Of a stretch of DNA of 64,000 bases, positions 38,549-47,639 are shown in pieces. Under the pieces are notes generated by a model that was not told the DNA's origin, ran no database searches, and was given only the letters and a program-made list of their open reading frames with translations. Source of the stretch: a bacterium. Its GTDB lineage: Bacteria > Patescibacteriota > Minisyncoccia > Minisyncoccales > CG1-02-41-26. Location of the stretch: NCBI GenBank assembly GCA_043802745.1, contig JAZDKU010000015.1, positions 1,358 to 65,357 of the forward strand, written 5' to 3'. The position numbers and the translations under genes are program-made. Position 1 is the first letter of the stretch. Each line of letters starts with the position of its first letter.

Positions 38549-39925
38549 TTACTTTAATTTATCTTGCAAGATATTTTTTATCTCGCTAATTTTTATTCTT
38601 TCTTGTTTCATGGTATCTCTATCGCGCAAAGTTACAGTGTCATCTGCGAGAGTATCAAAATCAATTGTTAGGCAAAATGGCGTTCCCACCTCATCTTGCC
38701 TTCTATATCTTTTGCCAATGTTTCCCGAATCATCAAATTCAACCATAAAATCTTTTTTCAATTCATTAAAAATAATTTTGGCTTTTTCAACCAATTCTGG
38801 CTTATTGGCTAATAACGGAAAAATGGCAGCTTTAATAGGCGCTAACTTAGCTGGAAATTTTAAAACTGTTCGAATTTCTCCGGCCTCTGTTTGCTCTTCA
38901 TTATAAACTTCGGTTAAAACAGCTAGCATTGTTCGGCCCACCCCAACAGAGGACTCAATAATATGGGGCACATATTTTTCTTTAGTTTTTGGGTCAGTAT
39001 AATCCAATATTACACCAGAAAATTTGCTATGCTGGGATAAATCATAATCGCTTCTAGCGTGAATGCCTTCTAATTCTTTAAAGCCGAATGGAAAATTATA
39101 CTCAATATCATAAGCCTCTTTAGCGTAAAAAACTAGATTTTCGTGCTTGTGCCATTTTAAATTTTTCTCGCTAATGCCAAGATTTAAATAATACTGCCAC
39201 CTAACCTGCCTTAATTTTTCATACTCCTCCATCTCGCCTTTTGGTGAGCAAAAATACTGCATTTCCATTTGTTCAAACTCGCGAGTGCGAAAAATAAACT
39301 GGCGGGCAGTTATTTCATTACGAAAAGCCTTGCCAATTTGGGCAATGCCAAAAGGAATTTGCACTCTGGCTGAATCTAAAACGTTTAAATAGTTAACATA
39401 AATTCCCTGGCAAGTTTCACCTCGCAAATAAACGGGTTCGCGAGTCCAGTCATCGGTAAAATTTCCCAAATTAGCTTTAACCAACAAATTAAACTTTCTA
39501 ACTTTTGTCCAGTCGATCTTTTGGCAGTTCGGGCATTTTATTTTGGCTTTGTGCTCGTCAAATAGTTTGTTAATTTCTTCTTCTGTCATTTTCTCATCAG
39601 CAAAAACATCAATACTTTCAAGCAAGTGGTCCACCCTCAAACGGCTGTGGCACTTTTTACATTCAGTTAACGGGTCAGCAAACCCGCCCACATGGCCAGA
39701 GGCTTCCCAAATTTTTGGATGCATAAAAATAGCAGAGTCAAGCCCAACAATATCCTCTCTTTCTTGAACCATGGCTTTCCACCATTCTTTCTTTATATTA
39801 TTGGCTAGCTCAACACCATACGGCCCTAAGTCATAAATAGCTGAAAATCCTCCGTAAATTTCCGAGCTAGCAAAAATAAAACCCCGCCTCTTGCACAAAG
39901 ATATAATATTTTGCATTAAATCCAT
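38549..39925 (-). CDS. glyQS: glycyl-tRNA synthetase, homodimeric (eukaryote/archaeal-like class II)
   Basis: MDLMQNIISLCKRRGFIFASSEIYGGFSAIYDLGPYGVELANN..., class II motifs 1-3. Confidence 0.9.
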   Translation of the reverse strand: MDLMQNIISLCKRRGFIFASSEIYGGFSAIYDLGPYGVELANNIKKEWWKAMVQEREDIVGLDSAIFMHPKIWEASGHVGGFADPLTECKKCHSRLRVDHLLESIDVFADEKMTEEEINKLFDEHKAKIKCPNCQKIDWTKVRKFNLLVKANLGNFTDDWTREPVYLRGETCQGIYVNYLNVLDSARVQIPFGIAQIGKAFRNEITARQFIFRTREFEQMEMQYFCSPKGEMEEYEKLRQVRWQYYLNLGISEKNLKWHKHENLVFYAKEAYDIEYNFPFGFKELEGIHARSDYDLSQHSKFSGVILDYTDPKTKEKYVPHIIESSVGVGRTMLAVLTEVYNEEQTEAGEIRTVLKFPAKLAPIKAAIFPLLANKPELVEKAKIIFNELKKDFMVEFDDSGNIGKRYRRQDEVGTPFCLTIDFDTLADDTVTLRDRDTMKQERIKISEIKNILQDKLK

Positions 39926-39929
39926 AGTT

Positions 39930-41579
39930 TTATTTTACTATTCCGCTATCGCCATCAACTGAATCGTCGTGGGGCAAGGAAGTATCTTCTGCTTCTGATC
40001 TTTCTGCTATAGCATTGCCAGCAAAACTATCTTCAGCTGTTAACTGGGCTTCGCCAATTAGCAAAGCCACCGAGCCAACCTGTGAGCTATCGGGAACTAA
40101 TTCGATTTGAAAAGCCAAAGTATAGGGAGAATCAAACCCTTGAAAAGCTCTTATGTCGCCTATTGACCAAACTACCTCTCGAGAAGCTGAGTCAAAAGTA
40201 AAAGAAGCTCCTTGTGGATTTGTTTGGCCGGTCAGCCTAACATTAGCTGGCAAAACTGCTTTTACTTTTGCGTTAGTCAAACCATTCCAATAATTTTTAA
40301 TTTGCCAGAAAACAGTGTAGTCCGTGCTTGTGCCAACTTGCGGAGGAATTGGCCCTTTGGCGGTAAAAGCATCGTCTTGATACATAACTTTTTGACTAAA
40401 GTCTATTTTGCCTTGCAGTTTTGTTTCAAAAGCTTTTTCCACTCCGCTTAAAGAAACAGTGTTTCTCAAAATAGGGCTTTCAACCCTTCGGCTAAAAGAA
40501 GTGTCTTTTGTTTTTACCCAAAACTCTACTTTGCCCTCCTCGCTAGCATCTAAAAATCTTAAGCTTTGCACATCTTGCCAATCAAAGATAATCGAGTTGT
40601 CTCCTTGGCCAATGCTTCCGTTTTCTGTTTTTAAGCTATTAAGATCAAAAAAATCGCTGTTTAATTTTACTAAAAGAAATTTTTTCTCCAAAGCAGTTGC
40701 CCCAATATTTTTAAAATAAACTTCATAATGAAGCAAACTTCCAACCCTCATAGATCCGGCTTGGGAGCCATTAACCATTTGAGATATGAAAACAGACGGC
40801 TCGGAAATTTCTATAGACCCTGTCACTTCTTTTAAGGCCATGAAGCCCTTGTCTTTTATAATGCCAATTTGGGCTTTAAAAATTTTTCGCTCGCCTTGCG
40901 TTCCGTTCAACAATCCTTGAATGTTAACCCTGCCACCATTAGCTTGCGTTAGGGTGGGCAAAGACCACTCGGCCACATCCATGCCTTTTGGCTTAGCACT
41001 TTGAAAGGTAAAGCCCGAAGGATAAAACATCTTTAGCCTTAAATTTTCTAAAGGAAAGTTAATATTGGAAAAATAGTTAACTGTAAAACCCAAATCTCCC
41101 CCTTGCTCGGCCTTAACTGGCAAATCAAATTCTAAGGTTAAGGGCACAAAACTTATCTTAGTTGTTAGGTTGGTGTTTGACTCGTATCTTGATTTTAAAT
41201 TTTTAGGGTTATAAAAAAGAGATGCTTTAGCCTGAAGTGTATCATTTTCTTTGCCAATAACTATGGCTTTAAACACTGCTGTTCGCTCTTCTCCGGGATA
41301 AATATCTTCTAGTTTTTTAGTAATTCTTTGTTCAGTATCTTCAATGGGGGAAGCATTGCCCGGATATTCAAAAATAAGCTCAGCTGACTCAAGCCTTACT
41401 TTGCCATTATTTTTAAATTTAACTGTGTAATCAATTTCATCGCCAGCTTGAACTTGTTCTGGACCCAAAATTTCAAGCTTTAAAGCTTCTTTGGAATAGA
41501 TGTTTCCTCGCCAATACCAAAAAGCAATGGCTGCCAAAAAAGCCATGGCTAAAAGAAAAAAGGTTAAGAATTTCCTCAT
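39930..41579 (-). CDS. hypothetical membrane-anchored extracellular protein (repeated beta-sandwich-like segments)
   Basis: N-terminal TM MRKFLTFFLLAMAFLAAIAFWYW, 549 aa. Confidence 0.45.
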   Translation of the reverse strand: MRKFLTFFLLAMAFLAAIAFWYWRGNIYSKEALKLEILGPEQVQAGDEIDYTVKFKNNGKVRLESAELIFEYPGNASPIEDTEQRITKKLEDIYPGEERTAVFKAIVIGKENDTLQAKASLFYNPKNLKSRYESNTNLTTKISFVPLTLEFDLPVKAEQGGDLGFTVNYFSNINFPLENLRLKMFYPSGFTFQSAKPKGMDVAEWSLPTLTQANGGRVNIQGLLNGTQGERKIFKAQIGIIKDKGFMALKEVTGSIEISEPSVFISQMVNGSQAGSMRVGSLLHYEVYFKNIGATALEKKFLLVKLNSDFFDLNSLKTENGSIGQGDNSIIFDWQDVQSLRFLDASEEGKVEFWVKTKDTSFSRRVESPILRNTVSLSGVEKAFETKLQGKIDFSQKVMYQDDAFTAKGPIPPQVGTSTDYTVFWQIKNYWNGLTNAKVKAVLPANVRLTGQTNPQGASFTFDSASREVVWSIGDIRAFQGFDSPYTLAFQIELVPDSSQVGSVALLIGEAQLTAEDSFAGNAIAERSEAEDTSLPHDDSVDGDSGIVK

Positions 41580-41608
41580 ATTTTATAAAAATTATTTATG
41601 CTTCTATA

Positions 41609-42331
41609 TTACCCTTTTTCCACTAAAAAATCAAAGTATGCAGTAAAAGCCTGGTTTAGATTTTGCAAATCTTTTTCCAAAATATTTAATCTCTCTACTT
41701 TCTCAATTGGCTCTTTGATAAAAAATCTTATAAGCTTCACCGCCCCCACTGTGATTTCCTGAGCAGGAAAATCACAGCACTTCCCGCATATCACTCCTCC
41801 GTGCTCTGGTGATAAAAAAAATATCTCTGGCAAAAGTTTTTTAGCGCAAACAGGGCAAGTGTAGAGCTCAGGAGAATAACCTAAAATCGCCAATAGGTTC
41901 CAGGCAAAGTGGTAATAAATAATTTTCAATTTACAATTTTCAATTTTCAAACAATTTTCAATTTTTTGAAATACTCCAAACAGTAAATTCCAAACGTTTT
42001 CATCGCTTTGTTCTTTTATTGTCAAGCGACACATGATTTCAGAGATTTTAATTATCAAAGAAAGCGCTCCTGGATTTTTTCTTGTTTCTGAAAACTTGTC
42101 AGTTATAATGGCATCAGTTAGAGTTTTTTGTTTTTTGCCTTGGATAAATTCGAGTTCAATAAAATAAAAAACATCAATGCCTGCTCTTAATTTTGATGTT
42201 ATTTTACGAATTGCCCTACCAACCACTTCTATCTTGCCAAAGTCCTGTGTGTATAAAATAAAAATCTGGTCTGCCTCCCCAGAATCTCTTTTAGATAAAA
42301 CAATTCCTTTTGTTCGATAATGCTGATGCAT
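41609..42331 (-). CDS. recO: DNA repair protein RecO
   Basis: N-terminal OB fold (TKGIVLSKRDSGEADQIFILYT), C-terminal CxxC...CxxC zinc finger. Confidence 0.8.
   Translation of the reverse strand: MHQHYRTKGIVLSKRDSGEADQIFILYTQDFGKIEVVGRAIRKITSKLRAGIDVFYFIELEFIQGKKQKTLTDAIITDKFSETRKNPGALSLIIKISEIMCRLTIKEQSDENVWNLLFGVFQKIENCLKIENCKLKIIYYHFAWNLLAILGYSPELYTCPVCAKKLLPEIFFLSPEHGGVICGKCCDFPAQEITVGAVKLIRFFIKEPIEKVERLNILEKDLQNLNQAFTAYFDFLVEKG
41930..41976. repeat. in-frame (AATTTTC)n heptamer array in recO (encodes KIENCLKIENCKLKII)
   Basis: Seen in sequence. Confidence 0.75.
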
Positions 42332-42332
42332 A

Positions 42333-42752
42333 CTAAAGGCCTGTTTTCTTTTTTAAATAATTATATTTCTGCAGAGCGTCAAACTTTTCTTGCGAGGGCT
42401 TGTAGGCCTTGCCTTTTTGCTCTAAATCGCGCATTGTTTCTTGCAGAGCTTTTCTACTAACATACTCGCCAAATTTTTCTTTAGGAAAAAGACTCTCAGC
42501 CAAAGCTTTTCTTTTGGCTCGGCTTGAATAGCTACCTCGAATGCCCGCCTTCCAGCCAGTTTGAGGAATTCTATCTTTATCAAGAGTGATTTTTTTAACC
42601 AAATCATTCCGCTTAACAAAATCCCTTCTACCTGAAAAAAATATTTTTTTATCAAGCTTTTTAAAACCAACCCTCTTGGGTCTTGCTTCCCCAGTTGAAC
42701 TTAAACCAAAAAATTTAGGAATTCTATCTAATATAGACATAGCGCTAACCAA
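42333..42752 (-). CDS. hypothetical basic protein
   Basis: 139 aa, Lys/Arg-rich, no motif recognised; overlaps ileS 3' end by 25 nt. Confidence 0.4.
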   Translation of the reverse strand: MVSAMSILDRIPKFFGLSSTGEARPKRVGFKKLDKKIFFSGRRDFVKRNDLVKKITLDKDRIPQTGWKAGIRGSYSSRAKRKALAESLFPKEKFGEYVSRKALQETMRDLEQKGKAYKPSQEKFDALQKYNYLKKKTGL

Positions 42753-45673
42753 ATTACTTTCCCATCTATTTTAAATTCTGACTGGGCTAAGAATTCTCCT
42801 TCTTTATTTTTGTTTTCTTTTATTTCTTTTGAGCGAGTGGTTGATAAAATTTCGGCTTTGTTTTTATCAAAAATTTTCTCTAAACTCTTTTCAGCAGAGT
42901 AACTAATAACAATATTTGTGTCGTTTGGCGTTAGCCCGGCTTGTTTGCGCAAGCTTTGGATATTTCTAATAATTTCCCGCACTGTGCCCTCTTCTTTTAA
43001 CTCCTCGGTCATAGTAGTGTCCAGCTCAACCCCACCAGTAATATCATCGCTAAACAAAACCTCTTTAACATTGACCTCATCTTTAATTAATTCCAAAAAT
43101 TCTTTTTTCCCCTTTATTCCTAATTCATAATTCTTAATTCTTAATTCTTTTAAGGCTTGTCTCACCCCAATACCAAGCTCGGCTCTTTTGGCCAAAACCA
43201 AAGAAACAACATCCCTAACCTCCTGCATATCTTTTTCTAATTTTTCATCAATAAGTTTCTTATCCACTTTAGGCCAATCGCACAGATGAACCGACCGAGG
43301 GCAGCCCTCGGGGTAGCACCCCGAGGGCTGCCCTCGGGACACTAACTGCTGATAAATATCTTCAGCTAAAAATGGCATAAAAGGAGTGGTAAGTTTGGCA
43401 ATAGTTATTAAAACATCATAAAAAGTTTGCTCTGCTTCTTGAAATCTTTTGCGCGATCTTCGCACATACCAAAGCGACAAATCATTAATCCAAAAATTTT
43501 CAATAGCCAACGTGGCTTTCATTACGTCAAATTTATCTAAGCTATCTGTTGCCTCTTTTATTAAATTATTTAATTTTGAAATTATCCATCTATCTAAAAC
43601 ATTCTTGATTCTTGATTCTTGATTCTTGATTCTTGATTCTGACGCGTATGTTAAAAAGAAGGTTACGCAATTTGTTAAAGTTAAGATTTTTCTTTCAGTT
43701 TCTTTGGCCACATTATAGCCAAACCTCATATTGTTGGCTGGATTTTGTACCACATACATCCATCTCATCACGTCAGCTCCGATTTTTTCTACTGCCTCGT
43801 CAAACCAAATAGCATTGCCTTTTGACTTGTGCATTTCCTCGCCCTTTTCATCCACTACTGAAGCAAACCCTAATAAATTCTTAAACGGCATTTCATTTTC
43901 CAAAACTTGGCTCATCACCAACAAAACATAAAACCAATTTTTAAATTGACCGGGAAAACTCTCGCACACTAAATCAGCTGGGAACCATTTGTCCCACTCT
44001 CCTTTATTATTATGAAAATAGCCGGGAATGGTTGAAAATGGCACAATACCCGCATCCAGCCATGGAGTACCAACATCTAAAATTCTTGGCACAACTTCAC
44101 TGCACTTTGAGCATTTTATCTTTACTGAATCAATCCAAGGCCGATGAAGTGAATTTCCCTCGAATTCTTTCCAACCCTCCACTGCCCTTTCTTTTAATTC
44201 TCCCATTGAGCCAATAACATCAAAATTTTTACACTTAGAGCATTCATAAATCGGCAGGGCCAAACCCCAATATCTTTTTTTAGATATTAGCCAATCGCGC
44301 ATATTCAGGAGCCAATCAAGCTCTCTTTCTAAGCAAAAACCAGGAACCCAGTTTATTTTTCTGGCAATAGTCATTAGTGGTGCTTTTAGATAATCCATAG
44401 CAATATACCACTCATCAACCAAGCGAAAAATTAACTCACTTTTACATCTCCAGCAAGTTGGATACCTGTGTTTATAATCTTCTATTTTATAAACTAAGTT
44501 ATTGGTTTTTAATCTTTCAAAAATAAGCTCACGAACAAACTCTTCGCCCACAAAATGCCCGGTTAAAGCATCAAAGCCTTCGGCGTATTTACTTTCATCG
44601 TTAGTTGGATTAACAACTGGCAAGCCTTGTTCTTTCCCTAAAGCAAAATCTTCCTGGCCACACCCTGGGGCAGAGTGCACAACTCCAGTGCCCTCTTCTT
44701 GCGTTACATCTTTCCATAAAATAACTTTGTGCTCATAACTTTTTAAAGCCTCCCTTACAGCGGGCAATTCATCAAAAAGCCCAGTATATCTCTTGCCTTC
44801 AAGCGCCCTACCTTCAAATACTTCCAAAATTTGACCATTTTCAATTAAACTAGCTTTGTCTTTTAATAAGATATAAATTTCGCCAGTTTTTGGGTCAGCT
44901 ACTTTAGCATAAATCAAATCCGGATGAACTGATAAAAAAACATTGGCCACTAATGTCCATGGAGTGGTTGTCCAGGCTAAAAAATATGTTTCATTTTCGC
45001 CCATAACTGGCAGTTTAAAATAAATAGCCTTATGGGTTATTTCTTTATATTCCTCAGTTAAAATTTCGTGCTGGGAAATAGCAGTGCCACATCTCGGACA
45101 CCAAGGCACCACATCATGGCCTTTGTATAAAAGCCCTTTTTCTTTACACCTCTTCAGGAAATGCCAAATAGCGTAATTATTTTCTGGGGACATTGTGTAA
45201 TACGAATGGCTTTGCTCCATCCACTCGCCTTTTTCATCAAAATCTGTTTGCCAGTTGCCCCAATCCCGCAACATGCCCAATCTTATGGACTGCTCGGTTT
45301 GGATTTTTGAATATTTATGCACCCGCTCCTTACATTTGTTGACAAAATTAGCAATGCCGTATCTTTCAATGTCCTTTTTGTTGCGAAAGCCAAGTTCTTT
45401 TTCCACTTCTACTTCCACCCAAAGCCCTTGGCAATCAAAACCATTTTGGAAGCGCTCGCTATAGCCTTGCATGGCCCTATACCGCTGAAATAAGTCTTTG
45501 TAAGTCCTGCCCCAAGCATGATGAACGCCCATGGGGTTATTAGCAGTTATCGGACCATCTAAAAAACTCCAAGGCTTTCCTTTTTTATTTTTCTCTTTCA
45601 GTTTTTCTAAAAGTTTTATATCCTCCCAAAACTTTAAAGTTTCCTTTTCTTTTTTTACAAAATCATTTTCCAT
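42728..45673 (-). CDS. ileS: isoleucyl-tRNA synthetase
   Basis: HIGH-region (PITANNPMGVHHAWGRTYKD), KMSKSKGN, CP1 editing domain, 981 aa. Confidence 0.95.
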   Translation of the reverse strand: MENDFVKKEKETLKFWEDIKLLEKLKEKNKKGKPWSFLDGPITANNPMGVHHAWGRTYKDLFQRYRAMQGYSERFQNGFDCQGLWVEVEVEKELGFRNKKDIERYGIANFVNKCKERVHKYSKIQTEQSIRLGMLRDWGNWQTDFDEKGEWMEQSHSYYTMSPENNYAIWHFLKRCKEKGLLYKGHDVVPWCPRCGTAISQHEILTEEYKEITHKAIYFKLPVMGENETYFLAWTTTPWTLVANVFLSVHPDLIYAKVADPKTGEIYILLKDKASLIENGQILEVFEGRALEGKRYTGLFDELPAVREALKSYEHKVILWKDVTQEEGTGVVHSAPGCGQEDFALGKEQGLPVVNPTNDESKYAEGFDALTGHFVGEEFVRELIFERLKTNNLVYKIEDYKHRYPTCWRCKSELIFRLVDEWYIAMDYLKAPLMTIARKINWVPGFCLERELDWLLNMRDWLISKKRYWGLALPIYECSKCKNFDVIGSMGELKERAVEGWKEFEGNSLHRPWIDSVKIKCSKCSEVVPRILDVGTPWLDAGIVPFSTIPGYFHNNKGEWDKWFPADLVCESFPGQFKNWFYVLLVMSQVLENEMPFKNLLGFASVVDEKGEEMHKSKGNAIWFDEAVEKIGADVMRWMYVVQNPANNMRFGYNVAKETERKILTLTNCVTFFLTYASESRIKNQESRIKNVLDRWIISKLNNLIKEATDSLDKFDVMKATLAIENFWINDLSLWYVRRSRKRFQEAEQTFYDVLITIAKLTTPFMPFLAEDIYQQLVSRGQPSGCYPEGCPRSVHLCDWPKVDKKLIDEKLEKDMQEVRDVVSLVLAKRAELGIGVRQALKELRIKNYELGIKGKKEFLELIKDEVNVKEVLFSDDITGGVELDTTMTEELKEEGTVREIIRNIQSLRKQAGLTPNDTNIVISYSAEKSLEKIFDKNKAEILSTTRSKEIKENKNKEGEFLAQSEFKIDGKVIWLALCLY
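43119..43149. repeat. 31-nt element identical to tatD copy, in-frame in ileS (ELRIKNYELG)
   Basis: cctaattcataattcttaattcttaattctt. Confidence 0.85.
43295..43337. repeat. 43-nt GC-rich perfect palindrome (20-bp arms, 3-nt loop; each arm itself a hairpin) in-frame in ileS
   Basis: ccgagggcagccctcggggt-agc-accccgagggctgccctcgg; encodes SRGQPSGCYPEGCPRSV. Confidence 0.85.
43603..43642. repeat. in-frame (TTGATTC)x6 heptamer array in ileS (encodes ESRIKNQESRIKN)
   Basis: Seen in sequence. Confidence 0.8.
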
Positions 45674-45686
45674 GAATTTTACTTTA

Positions 45687-46283
45687 TCACTTTACGAACG
45701 GATTTTCCATATCAAAAATAATAAGCGGAGTCTGGTTGTTAATTTTTGCTTCATCAATGCCATATTCGCCATACTTTTTTGTATAAATCAGACTAACAGC
45801 GCAAAATAACGCTTGCGAATAGTCAAAGCCTAATTTTTCTGAAACTTCTTTGGTTTCTTGTTCGCTTGGGCCTTCAACTTCCACAAACGGCTCTAAAAAT
45901 GGCCATTCATCAATACAAATTTCAGTTTCAGCCATCTGCCAAACTTCTCTTTTGCTTTCTTGACGAGCTTTTTCCTTGCAGCCCAATTCTTTTAAAAACT
46001 CAACTCCATTTTCAAGGCTATCAATTTTTAAACAAATTTCTTTTTGCTCATCTATTTTTATAGCTCCGCCCCGCCCAACAATTTTAAAACTCATGGTAAT
46101 TTTATCGCCCTCATCTCTAACCCTAGCAAAAGCTCCTGGCCTATCATATCCTTCGGGCAAATGAAAAACGCACCGCTTCATTACAACTTCTGGCTTAACC
46201 AAAACCGCCCCAACCTGTTTGAGTTTTTCTCTAACCTCATCCTTATTAATATTTACGAATGTCGCCTCATACTCCGTCTGCAT
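45687..46283 (-). CDS. CYTH-domain protein (CyaB/thiamine-triphosphatase-like)
   Basis: N-terminal EYEATF (ExExK-like), RVRDEGD, paired EVEGP acidic motifs. Confidence 0.55.
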   Translation of the reverse strand: MQTEYEATFVNINKDEVREKLKQVGAVLVKPEVVMKRCVFHLPEGYDRPGAFARVRDEGDKITMSFKIVGRGGAIKIDEQKEICLKIDSLENGVEFLKELGCKEKARQESKREVWQMAETEICIDEWPFLEPFVEVEGPSEQETKEVSEKLGFDYSQALFCAVSLIYTKKYGEYGIDEAKINNQTPLIIFDMENPFVK

Positions 46284-46287
46284 AAAT

Positions 46288-47046
46288 TTATTTTAATTTA
46301 AAAATAAAACCGTTACGACTCCAAAACCATAGGGGTGGGTGCAGATCGATAGGGGCAATGCCGCTACCAGCCAACAGCTCGCGCCATTTCTGGGAAATTT
46401 GGTCTTTAGAGAGTTTTTTCGCTTCATCTTCGGTTATAACCCCAAGTATAATTGAGCATTTCGTGATGTGGGTATCAGGGGCTATTTCGATAAACTCTTT
46501 ATTTTTTAAATCAATTCCACCATAAGTGCTCATTACAAAACCCCAATAATTAAAAATTTTCGGACCAGACAAATATGGAAAATCTTTTTTAAATCTTCCT
46601 TGGATTATATTCTTAACTTCTGAAAAATCATTATTAGCCCCCTGAAAAAAATCTATAAACGATCCCCAGTTTTTAAAAATTGTTTGGCTAATTTTTTGCC
46701 AAATCTCTGGGTGCTTGTTAGGTTGTAAGGCTAATTTATGCTTTATCAAATTTTCTCGCAAATCCGCTTGACTCATTGCTGCAACTCTAGCCAAAGAAAA
46801 AACTTTTTTTGTTGCTTCATCATTATAAGTTATCAGGGCTGCCTGCCAAAGCTTATAACTATCTCTTTGATAATTCAGGGCCATTGGCAAAGTAAAGTAT
46901 GCTAATTTTTCCTCTGTTTGATTTTTTGAAAAACCAGGATTTGTGTCTTCTGGCATTATTGTTTGCCCTAGCCTGCCATCTCTATACGCCTCCAACAAAA
47001 TCCTGCAATTGCCCACAACTCTTTCTTTTTTAAAAACATTTCTCAT
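46288..47046 (-). CDS. hypothetical protein (possibly AGOG-like DNA glycosylase; weak)
   Basis: 252 aa, helical; impression only. Confidence 0.3.
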   Translation of the reverse strand: MRNVFKKERVVGNCRILLEAYRDGRLGQTIMPEDTNPGFSKNQTEEKLAYFTLPMALNYQRDSYKLWQAALITYNDEATKKVFSLARVAAMSQADLRENLIKHKLALQPNKHPEIWQKISQTIFKNWGSFIDFFQGANNDFSEVKNIIQGRFKKDFPYLSGPKIFNYWGFVMSTYGGIDLKNKEFIEIAPDTHITKCSIILGVITEDEAKKLSKDQISQKWRELLAGSGIAPIDLHPPLWFWSRNGFIFKLK

Positions 47047-47053
47047 TTAAAAA

Positions 47054-47635
47054 TTATTCTAAAGAAGCATTGGTTACGCTCACTAATTCAAATTTATCTC
47101 CTGTTTTCTCAATTTCAAATAAAGCGCAATCGCGTAGCTCTTTTATTTCTCCCCATTTAAAAAACTCTCTAAACAAGCACCTAATTGGCCCGCCATGGCT
47201 AACCACAGCAATAACATCATAATTTCGGTTGGCAAGCTCTAAAAAAGCATTTGTGATTCTTTCTGTGAAATGTTCGTAGGTTTCTGCCCCCTCGATAGTA
47301 TTTTTATAGCTTTTTAACAGCTCCGCTTCTTGCGGATATTTTTCTCTTGCTTCGCTTTTTAACATGCCTGTCAAAATACCATAAGTGTTCCTTTCTCTTA
47401 TATTATTTATAACCTCTATCTCGCAACTTAAAGAATTTGTTAGTATTTCAGAAGTTTCCTTGGCTCTATTCAAAGAGCTTGAAAAAATTATCTCTATACT
47501 TTTCCCCTCCAGTTTACTGGCTAAGGTTTTGGCTTGCTCTGCTCCCTTCTCTGTCAAACTATCATTATAATCACCCCCATATCTATCTTCAACGTCTCCA
47601 ATTGTTTGGCCATGCCGGCATAAAAATATTCTCAT
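47054..47635 (-). CDS. histidine phosphatase family protein (phosphoglycerate-mutase-like)
   Basis: MRIFLCRHGQT RHG catalytic motif. Confidence 0.8.
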   Translation of the reverse strand: MRIFLCRHGQTIGDVEDRYGGDYNDSLTEKGAEQAKTLASKLEGKSIEIIFSSSLNRAKETSEILTNSLSCEIEVINNIRERNTYGILTGMLKSEAREKYPQEAELLKSYKNTIEGAETYEHFTERITNAFLELANRNYDVIAVVSHGGPIRCLFREFFKWGEIKELRDCALFEIEKTGDKFELVSVTNASLE

Positions 47636-47639
47636 AAAT

